Assembly: GCF_964204645.1 (NCBI RefSeq)
Contig: NC_134030.1
Location: 14,198,110 to 14,262,109, forward strand
Length of the DNA stretch: 64,000 nucleotides
Reading direction: 5' to 3'
Origin: Tubulanus polymorphus
Taxonomy: Eukaryota > Animalia > Nemertea
Numbering within the stretch: the stretch's first letter is position 1; each line of letters opens with the position of its first letter. The notes under the pieces were generated by a model. The model saw only the letters and a list, made by a program, of their open reading frames with translations. It did not search any database and had not been told where the DNA came from. Both the position numbers and the translations under genes were made by a program. This document shows, piece after piece, positions 24,061 to 34,382 of this stretch.

Positions 24061-25411
24061 GTGGCATGTAGGGTTACCCGCAGACAATTGGAAACGATCT
24101 CTCAAGCTAATTTCTAAATCACATTGGCACACGATCAGAGAAGTTTTCTGCGTTTTTTTTCTAATCATCATATGCCTATTGTAATTATGCGAAAGGTGCG
24201 GGGCCCATTAAAATTTTGCCAATTTCGTGCATTGAGAAAAGACAAATTAATCGTGACGTCACGATTAATTTGTCTCTTTGCACGAAATTGGCAACGCCAC
24301 CTATCCTTTTTCCTTGGATTCCTGTTTAAGACATTCTGTATGTTCATGTTCAAGTGTGTGTGTATTACAGGTAGTGTGTGAGATGACCCAGTATTGTATA
24401 CATTTGCACCCAAATGGCAGCAATTTTTAACGAATATTTAAATTGCAACAATAATTGTTCACGAAATGTCTTCAATCATTCACATGGTTATATCAAAATT
24501 TTAAAAGAATAATTTGTACAATTCATATAAATCCAGAAAAGGAAGAGGTCGACGTGGACGTATATAATGATACAAAACACTGGCAACAATGTACCTATAT
24601 TTCTGAATGCCATTATGATAATTTATCAACTGTGAAAATAGAAATATGTGATACCGATCACGCGTGTTGATTTTTGCTCGAGTTTGAGATCTTATCGTGT
24701 ACTGCACTGTTTGATTTTGAGTAGTCATCGATTTGCACTGGGAAATAGAATGAATCAACTGTTACACAATCATGCTGCGATATTATCTCCCGAACATACC
24801 AAATAGCTAAACAAATAACATTTCAACTCAAATATTTCACTTTCCACCATGTGGGATTAATTCATTCTGAATTGATGGGCAGTTCGATGTTGGAATAACT
24901 GATCAAGTAAAGAGAAAGGCTTTCCCAAACTTTGTGAAATCCACCACAGACTTGAATAATAGAGCAGCACCGACGAGGAAGGATCTTATCATTGCTTCTA
25001 CACTACGTGTTGTGAGATATACGTTGTATATTAGTATGGTGCCGAATCCATAGATCAAGCGTATCATCATTCTTGTTATGATCTTATTCAATAGTTAGCT
25101 TACCCACATACCATTGAAAATTGTTATTTCCGGTAAACACTGAGCTGGGTTTGAAAAATTAATAACATATGCGCGAATTTTCCGAACACTCACTGACTAT
25201 ACTTGCTATTCATGTGACATTGCATCACATGGGCTTTACAATGAATAACACACTATGCACTGTACACACAAAATCAGTGTAAGTTTTTCCTAATCGATGC
25301 CGACTGAATTCATGATTAAGCATTGGAATTATCTCTATTTTCATCATAACTGTAATCATGTAAAAAAAATCAAGATATTACACAATTTTTTACCTAAAAT
25401 CAGTTTTATAG

Positions 25412-25572
<161 letters not shown>

Positions 25573-26121
25573 CTCATATGTAAATTTACTTTTGATTCTG
25601 GGTTCGATTGTCTATTTTTTTTAAATAAATGCTTTTCTCTCCTGTTGGGAAGTGAATCGGCCGGGCTTCGGCCAGAATGTTGATATAGAGAGAGCTACCT
25701 CACCAGATAAGTTTATTTAGTTAGATAGGTATCATATACTGATAGAAATCGGCAGGAAATTACGGTCGAGTCGATCTTCATTCAACACATAATGTTTATA
25801 TACATCAAATGTGCCTACCCGTACACAGGTAATTTCACTGTTTATTCTTCAAAATTACATCGTTTGCCTATGTAAAAGAGCGCAATTTGTGTTTTCAATG
25901 TAGGAAGTTATACATGCATAGTTTCGTAGCAACCCTACCTCGGTGAAAAATATTTTTTTTTCTTAACTTTCTGCTACTGACTGCTAAGAGCATATGCGAA
26001 AATGCACTGGCAAAATACAAAACTAGAGGTTTTAGGTCGGTAGGGTACAAGGTCTGGTTGATTATTGGAAGAGGTTAAGAACGCATTAAACTGCTTAATA
26101 AACAGATGAATAAAGCATCTA

Positions 26122-26300
26122 AACAAGAGGCCCTTAAAGTATTGGTAGATTATATTGTGTTGCGGTGTTTAACATCTGCTGGCAAACGCACATACATCGG
26201 TTGGTAGGACCACAGATCTAAGGTCAATTTGTCAGAATGAACGATTTTCATTCATGCAAGAAGTAAATTCATTTTTTCTGCTGAACAATTTAACCTACCC
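26122..26300 (+). repeat. Dispersed repeat, second copy at ~40966-41160
   Basis: Shared ACAAGAGGCCC...ATTGGTAGATTATA...GGACCACAGA..TAAGGTCAATTTGT. Confidence 0.75.
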
Positions 26301-27924
26301 GGTAAATTAATTGCTATGAATGCGCACACGTGTTACTTCCGTGTTAAATCCTAGGCTACCTGGAAAATGTCTAATGGCTCAAGCTCAAAATCAGCATATT
26401 TCTAACCCCGAAAAAAATATCTTTTTTTGTCTGTTGGATTGATGCCAACTGACTTTTTCTATTATCCTATCAATCTTTTGGCTATTTTTATGTTTCGTAT
26501 TCAGTAATCGATTGAACACAGTTCGAAAGATGTTAGTTGGCTATTTTGCTTTACTTTGAATTCGAGTCATTATTTCGGGACCAAAGACCCCCAATAATCG
26601 ATGTAAACCGGCTTTTTGAACGCGGAAATAAACACAGCGAAAAAACAGCGATGTTTTCATGAGTAGCTATTCTGTAACGTTAATTCTGAGTGGTCGGTTT
26701 GTTGCTAGGTTTCGATTGTCATCAAGAACAGGTTGATTTTTCGACCCGGAGGGTTCAAAGGGCTGATAAGTGTAAGAGTCATGGACTTTCTGTTGTTTGA
26801 ATAGTTTAATGATAGGATGTCTAAGGCATATCCCATAGGCCTATGCGATTATATGTAGATCAGATAGCTTTCAACGTCGACTTGAACTACTTTACTTATC
26901 AGATTAAAATTATGATTATTTGTTGCCAAGCGACGTACCTCATGCACAGATCTCGCTGAATAATAACAGGTGCTACCTGTTTACCGGTTTAGGAATTATT
27001 CGGGGGGACCCAAAATATGACAAATTTATGTTTGGACGTACTCTTGCCTCATATTTAAAATTTTGGTGATGCAAATCTTGCTGACGTTAAAAAAGTATCG
27101 AGGGGTATGTTGCTTTCCCCCTAAACCCGCACTCTAAATGACGAAAAATTCGTCTTACTAAAAGTCCATATGAAAATGATCTTGATTGTTATTGAAACAC
27201 AAATTATCGGCACAACGAATTTAGTACCCTTCATTGAATGACATTGAACATTCATATCCTGTTGCATACTTTAATTTTGGCGTTTGGTGGAAGCTGAAAT
27301 TCTAATTTCTAGAAACAATTAACGCATTTAAAACGATATCTTTCTGCAGGTTTATTCGCTCCTGCAAACAAAAATAACAGCCGCTTCAGACATCATGTAT
27401 GGACTGATAAAAAAAAGTATTTCAAAAGATGACACCAAATTATCGACCGTTTTAGTCACGTTGTTGTTTCTCCACATTTAATCATGTGCTTTCGAAATAC
27501 CATCCGCGATTTATTGATCTAATGTGAGTTTTGTCTCGTCACACGGCTAATATCATAGCTTAGCGGTCGGTCGGAAATTTGGGAGGTTTTAAGGTTTGAA
27601 ATTCGAGGCCCTTGGTATTAACTTTCGACTAAATGTAAGCTCCTAGAAGACCATCGATTTTCATCTTATTGCCAAATATTGTGGTACGTGTGATTGCAAT
27701 TTCTGTATGAAAGAAGTCCTCTCATAGATAGAAAGACGACTGCCTTCACAGATTAATCAGGTTTGTAGAGCAGCGAATTACCGTATGTACACTGTAAGTA
27801 AAATGCATCACTTTTCACGTAAAACGGCTCTTCACTCTTAAGTAATTTCTCGTTTGGAATTCTAAAACTCGTTACTTGTAGGTTCTAACAGTACATCAGT
27901 TAATCAAAAAAATGAAGATTGATC

Positions 27925-28165
27925 ACTAAAACTAGGAAATCAGCATATTGCTCCTGTTCTGAAAGACCTCCACTGGCTACCGATCGTTGTTAAGAGCTGA
28001 AATTGAAGTTGTTTTAACTGTATACGATGTACACGTAAATGTCCTAATAACGCTGCTCCGGATTACCTCAAGTCACTCCTCAATGTTTATGTACCTACAC
28101 GATTCCTTTGCTCTAGTCAATCAAAGCGACTAGTCAAGCCAACATCAAATCGCAATTTTGGTGAA
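27925..28165 (+). mobile_element. L2-clade LINE ORF2 3' fragment
   Basis: Translates HIAPVLKDLHWLPI...APDYLKSLLNVYVPTR.L.SS, the typical post-RT motif of L2-type LINEs. Confidence 0.8.
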
Positions 28166-29374
28166 TGGGCTTTTAGGATTGCTTGACCAAGTCTTTTTAA
28201 GCTTAGAATTACTTATTGCCAGACATGAAGCACCAGCGGAAATAGAGATCGGCAACAGGCATCTCTCTTCAGGTCTACCGTACTCCTGTATACCTATGGT
28301 ATTCCTGAAGGCACTTTTACCCATTAATGTGTCAAAGAGAGCATGCTCCGAGAATATCCAAACCTTCTCTGCACCTGTTCGCTTCAGTAACACAAGGCAT
28401 TTGACGGGATGACTAGCCACCCTATTCATCACCCTAGATCCACCCCTAGGAGGAGAAATTTAACGTATTATATCAGACCGTTCCTGGGATTTGGAGAAGC
28501 AGAGAAAGCCAAAATGGGTAGTAGAGTGGAACGCCGATATAACGATTATTCTTATAGGCTAATCGATTATGTTAGGCTTAAAACAAGATGCATGTTAGTC
28601 CCGAGTAAAGGATTCATTCATTAATTTTCTATAGGCTTTAACATTAATATTTCATTAGTACGTATAGATGTTTCACATTGGTTTTCTTATAACAGTGTAT
28701 GTCTGTATTTTCTTAGAATGTACAGAATTGTGGTGCAATTGCAATACAGAAAGATTATGCAAAAAGGGCATTGTATTCAACCTCTAGAAGGTCGGACCTT
28801 AATCCACATACATACACGTGTATGTTGAGGTCCATGGTCTAGTTTCCTTAATGTCATGTTTCATTAACCATCATAATTTGGTTTATTCAACCTCTCTCAG
28901 TAAAAAATCATACGAAGCAAAGACTGCTGTCTTCATGACATGAAACGTTGCAAGGTTTGTTTCACTTTTCCAAGTAGCCCAATTGTCATTTACATTGCGG
29001 AGTAATCTCTGTTCTGAGTTTTTTTGCGGTTTAAGAAGCTACCTGAATCTATGTTATTCGGATTTCACAAGCAAGCCTTTGATTTTCTCAAAGATAGAAG
29101 TTTCCATTGACAACCTATTTCTATTCGTGAAAGGAGTGAAATTATTTTTGAAATTCGATATTGTTCAGGCAACAGCAGTGTCAAAGAGAACTGTATCTGT
29201 GTCTACAGTTGCTGGTGCCGATGGCCTACCCGAATATGAATGTGTGTGGATGCTGAATTTGATATGCTCCTCGTGCGTCGATCTACACATGCACTTCAAA
29301 TCTCAATTTTAAAATGTCGCCTTCTCATGGATGTTACCGTTGATACACCCATGGCTTACCGTACCATTACTTAC

Positions 29375-29462
29375 AACGTGACGAGTAGTACAATATAGGT
29401 TAACTATTTAATTTGATGCACAAGCTTTCGGTACTTATGTATAGTAACTTTATCAGGTGAAT
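29375..29462 (-). repeat. Penelope-like terminal repeat with degenerate hammerhead (same family as 57490-57690)
   Basis: Minus strand reads cac CTGATAA ... GAAA gc tt gtg followed by catcaaat..atagttaacct...tactactcgtc, matching 57602-57680. Confidence 0.65.
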
Positions 29463-30689
29463 GAGTGACTAAGCCTAAGATTTATAAGTCACTTTAAGAA
29501 ATAATAACAAATATAGCACGAATACGCATAAAATGAATGTTTCGGCAGTTAGTTACATTTTGGATTTAAAAGAATTTTTTGACCATCCAGCAATTGATTG
29601 AAATGTTGAAAAGTAAAATTTGGTGACTACACATAAATAGTATGATTTGGAACTGTTTGTCAAGGTTTGTCAACATAATAGAATCATATAATGTTTGTAA
29701 AGTGTCGTATGATACTTTCATTTTCATGGCCAGCTGGTCATTAAAATCCGTGAATTCCGATGTTGAATTAATTAGCAAATCTGGGTTGGTTCCGCGACAT
29801 TTTCTAGCAATTCTATACGGATAAATGTCCAACCGGGGCATGTACGTTAACTATCAATGTTGCTTTTTCAAATTGGATATTTTTACGTTAGTGCCGTATC
29901 TGATATGCCAAAAAGGGCTGTCCACAAAAGACGTCCACATAGAATTTCGACCCCCTTCCCCATGTCCATCGAACAAAAAGCCTATTAGGGACATCAGACA
30001 TCCAGTCGTGCAAAAGATTTTTTTTTCATTCACTTAATCATTTGTTGTAAACCCGGGACTACATTTGTAATTCTATGAATCATCTTGAAAACATGGAAAT
30101 AGAAAATGTTTACATCTTACATATATTCAATTTTGAATTGGCGAATTCATGTACAAAATCGCTGAGATTGTTAATATTCTTAATTTTTAATATGCTAGGT
30201 CAAGCAAAAATAGGACCAATGTTATAGATAATTGAATTTGCTGGCCAAACGGACAGCATGCATTTTTTAGAATTATTTATGGATGTCGTTTAGTATCAGA
30301 AGTTCTTTTTCAAACAACATTACGGAATTGAAGAAACGGATCTATAAGGATAAATACGATACGTTATGAATAACAAGATAAAGATGTAAAACGCGTACAC
30401 AACGAGACACTTTTTTACATATAGATTTAATTTACCCGTGTCATGACAGTTTTTCGTCAGTAAATAGGTTGTATTTTCGAAGGGTCGAGTGAGTAAAAAA
30501 TAAAAATAAATTCTCGCACGCTCGAATTTATTTTTATTTTTCACTCACGCACCCCTTCAACCTTTGGCCTGAACCAACACTTTCCTATCTACTCTTATAA
30601 TTTCATGTTTTAAACGTGAAAGTAAAAACTGTTAGCATAACAATCTAGAAAAATAAGATCAAATATAGATTTCGAATAATAAAAAATCA

Positions 30690-30945
30690 ATTTTCAATAT
30701 AGAAAGTCTGAGTAAAGTGTGAGTGAAATAATTCATATTTAAAACAGTGAATATTTATATTTATATGTGTTAAATTCTTATTTTCAAACATAAAAAGTGT
30801 GAGTAAAGTGTGAGTGAAATAATTTATATTTAAAACAGTGAATATTTATATTTATATGTGTTAAATTCTTATTTTTAAACATATAAAATGTGAGTAAGGT
30901 GTGAGTGAAATAATTTATATCTAAAACAGTGAATATTTATATTTT
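30690..30945. repeat. 91-bp subterminal tandem repeat (~2.7 copies)
   Basis: GAGTAA(A/G)GTGTGAGTGAAATAATT recurs at 30710, 30801 and 30892. Confidence 0.95.
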
Positions 30946-30946
30946 A

Positions 30947-31612
30947 ATGAGTTTTGATAAAAGTTTTGTTATAAAAATTAAGAAAGAAGAAGAACCTGAA
31001 TTCAAAATCGAAATAAAAGAAACCAATAAATTATTTTCACAGTTTAACATTAAAATTTATATCTCAGCAACAAACTTAGTGTATGAGAGACAATATAAAA
31101 TTGATAATATTACTGGAATTAATCAAATATTATTAAATGTAACATATTTGATTACTGAACTAATTGACACTTTTGATTATGGCGCTAAAAATCCTAAAAT
31201 ATTCAATACAGTTTTAAATTGTAAAGGTAATTTAGATGAAAACATAATAAATATACTTCAAACTCCTTTTAATGAAAGAGATAGTGATTAAATACTTTCT
31301 AAAGGTTGCAATGATTTGATTAACGTAAGAATTGAAAAAAGACAATTATATTATTTCAATTTTGATAATAAACAAATTATCTATAATGAAAATTCATCAA
31401 ATATTGGAATTCAATGTGAATCAGTTAATAATAATTCTTATAAAGATATCGGAATTCAATGTTATTTAGATGATGAATTTAGAAAGTTTAATACTAATGA
31501 GAAAGTGTATTGTGATTGTGGAGGTAAATATTTAAGATCACATAAATCAAAACATTATCAAACAGTTAAACATATCGAATATGAACAGAATAATAAATAT
31601 ATACTGAAATAA
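30947..31612 (+). pseudogene. Element protein with C-terminal C2H2-like zinc finger; one premature stop at 31289-31291
   Basis: ORFs 30929-31291 and 31316-31612 are in the same frame with 8 sense codons between them. The C-terminus EKVYCDCGGKYLRSHKSKHYQTVKH is a Zn-finger type common in Polintons and large DNA viruses. Confidence 0.65.
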
Positions 31613-31783
31613 GATTAAGCTGTATGTTTCAAATAAAAAGTAGTTAAAGCATTGAGAAATTAATTAATGAATAACTGTTAGGTAGTAAGTTTAATTGTTA
31701 TTTGATTTGAAACATATAAAAGTTTAATATTTCTAAAATATTAAATATTTATCAATTTATTAATTTTTTTCTTAAATAAATAA

Positions 31784-32005
31784 ATGTATGATTTCAACAT
31801 TCCAACCGGAAGTAGTGATTTGAAACATTATTTAGTTGCTGGAGGTTTAATATTGGCTGCGCTTTACTTTTACTATGAGAATATTAGTAAAGATCTAATG
31901 GATGAAAATATGAAATTGAGTAAAAAGTTAAAGAAGTTAAATGGAAACAATCACAGAAAAAATAACAATAAAAAAGTTAATGTAGAAAATGATTTAGAGG
32001 ATTAA
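31784..32005 (+). CDS. Small single-TM protein (73 aa)
   Basis: Preceded by TAATTTTTTTCTTAAATAAATAAATG; TM segment YLVAGGLILAALYFYY followed by a basic coiled coil. Confidence 0.65.
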   Translation: MYDFNIPTGSSDLKHYLVAGGLILAALYFYYENISKDLMDENMKLSKKLKKLNGNNHRKNNNKKVNVENDLED

Positions 32006-32046
32006 AACAGCATCTTTAATTTATTTTATATATTTTAACTACAAAA

Positions 32047-32352
32047 ATGAGTGAGAGTAAGGTTTTAGAAATATTACATCTAATATATAAAAATCAACAG
32101 AATATTAAATCAATTATTATGCTTACAGCATTAGTTTCATTTTCATTTTGTAGTATAAAACAGTTGTTAGAATTCTATGATAATTGCAAAATTAGATACG
32201 CTGAATTAAAAGATAATATCAATTATCTATCAGATAGGATTAATAATATTAAGTGTTGTGAAATATGTAATAAAAGATATAAAAATGAGAAATCATTAAA
32301 AACTCAGAGATATATTCATGAGCTTAATAATAAACTGTATAATTCAAATTAA
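32047..32352 (+). CDS. Small protein with hydrophobic segment and degenerate C2H2 zinc finger (101 aa)
   Basis: CEICNKRYKNEKSLKTQRYIH, with the first His replaced by Gln. Confidence 0.55.
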   Translation: MSESKVLEILHLIYKNQQNIKSIIMLTALVSFSFCSIKQLLEFYDNCKIRYAELKDNINYLSDRINNIKCCEICNKRYKNEKSLKTQRYIHELNNKLYNSN

Positions 32353-33741
32353 GTTTGAAAATAAAAAAGAATAATCTTTTTATAGAAATATTGTATAATT
32401 TATAATTGTATGAATGGTACGAGTATACGAATGATACGAATGGTACGAGTCTTCCAATTCGTCCACTCGTCCACTCATACACATTCTAAATTCTATAATA
32501 TTTCAAATAATTATTTTATTATAGAGTAATACAAGAGTGATACTAAGTTATTCAAGGTAAATTCTCGCACGCTCGAATTTATTTGTATTTTTTACTCACT
32601 AACCCCTTCAACCTTTGACCTGAACCAACACTTTCCTATTTACTTTCGTCAATTATAGCACCCATTTATAGTACGGACACGTTCAATATCTTGTTCACCG
32701 ATAAAAATCTTGGTATATCCAACAAAGGTTTTACCAAATATATAAAAGATTTACTTATATTGATTGATTAAGGGCAGAGCTGAGCAACCTTAAGTTCAGT
32801 ATGGACAACTCGAGATTGGGGGCTATGAGGAAAATATATAGGCGTGTGGATGTTTAATCACATCGATAATTTTCTTGACTATTTTCGCAGAAATCCTATG
32901 AATCCCAATACCTCTATGTTTGAAGAGAATTTTTGACTATATCATAAAATTCTTATTTGTTGGAAAAGCGTAGAAGTTCTCATAGTTGTTCGTCCTAAGT
33001 CATTGTTACGGTGGTTTATATAAAAGCTGTGATCAAATTTGCTAAGTGATGTCCAACATCAACAAAAAAGGAATTGAACACATTTGCGATGTTGAAATTA
33101 CCACTAACAGTTGAGTTATTTAACTTAGAACAACTTGGTTATTTTTCTTTAACAAAGAAACTTCCAATAACTGTTTATAGAATGATCCACGAGGCTTTTT
33201 TATTATTCTTGAAACGAAATAACTAAGTATCGTGATAATCTTTGGTATGGTAGTACCGTATAATAGTTTTAAATAGCAGAATAATAACCGCTTGCATTCT
33301 AGATAACGGGTCTTGAAAGCAATTATTGAATTATTCGCCCATTTTGATTATATAAGCGATGTTTACATTCATTAGAGTTTAACAAGGGTTAGCTTATTGG
33401 TTTTTGCATTCGAGCTTTTAATAAAAGGAAAAACATGCTCTAAATGAGTAATTAGAAATAACAATAAAGCATGCGACCTTTGTGGGTCATGATCATTAAA
33501 GCCGACCAATCTCATTCTATTAAGCTTCTATATGCTTCACTTAAAACTTTTTTACTTTTTATCTTATCATGATTATCCTCTATGCAATACAATCAGATAA
33601 AGTAAATGAATTGGCATTATTTTGTCCCTTTCAATTCAGATAAATTGTATCTTTTTTTTAAATCAGGGTATGAATGTTTAGGCCAGCTGTAGGCTGAGCC
33701 AATTACTATACGAATGGAGCAAATTTAAATGACATGGTTTC

Positions 33742-34382
33742 CAGAGCTAAGGCCCTTTGACTGTGCAACTGAGCATATATTCATACAGAACGTTCATTAA
33801 AGCATTATCCATTGTCCAAATCGTAGGGAGCTGAATTTTAAAAAAAATGCCTCGTTAAAATTCATATTAGCTTTTCACGAAAATCTGAGCTCAAAATATC
33901 GGTTTTAAAAGCCAATCAGAAAGCAAAGACTCCTCTATGATAGACGCAATAATCAGCAGGTGTTCACGTGAACCCGCGGTATCGTCTACTGTTTACTTCC
34001 GGGTTTTATTTAAAGATTTGAAATTGTATTTCAAGATCGATTTCTGTGAAATCGTTAGTTGATTTGGTTATTGGGAGGATTTTTTTATTTGCACTACAGA
34101 AAATATCATCGACAATGCAAAGTCCGGGAAAATAGCTTTTTCGGATGGATGACCTTGATATGCTAATTAAATCAAATTTTATCCTGGAAAAAAGATCAAA
34201 TCTAATTCAATTTTACTTTATTGAACAAACAAAACGTCGAGTTCAATTTTGTTTTATTGAGCAAATTTCAGAAATCCAATTCAAACCTATTCCGCTTTCA
34301 AATCAATAAGACCAAGGGAAACGATTGGTCTGAGGTATTTGTTGCTGTCCAGCTCGCTGTCTGTGCTTCTCTGTCTGTGCTA
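33742..34382 (+). repeat. Dispersed ~640-bp repeat, second copy at ~46916-47571
   Basis: Colinear from AGAGCTAAGGC.CTTTGACTGTGCAACTGAGCATAT to GCTGTCTGTGCT. Confidence 0.9.

Larger units (their letters stand above)
30459..32644 (+). mobile_element. 2186-bp non-autonomous Polinton-like element with 6-bp TSD and palindromic termini
   Basis: TTCGTC at 30453-30458 and 32645-32650; ends AGTAAATAGG...CCTATTTACT; very AT-rich; small intronless ORFs, one with the viral TAATTTTTTT..TAAATG motif. Confidence 0.85.

Noticed and set aside
30636-30655. TCTAGAAAAA near the left hairpin, resembling part of the vaccinia concatemer-resolution sequence
   Set aside because: Only a 10-bp match in AT-rich DNA; it lacks the ATTTA half and has no mirror at the right end.
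30690-30945. CRISPR-like appearance of the regular repeats (also 59570-59762 and 60950-61165)
   Set aside because: Whole units repeat with no unique spacers, there are no cas genes, and the context is eukaryotic.
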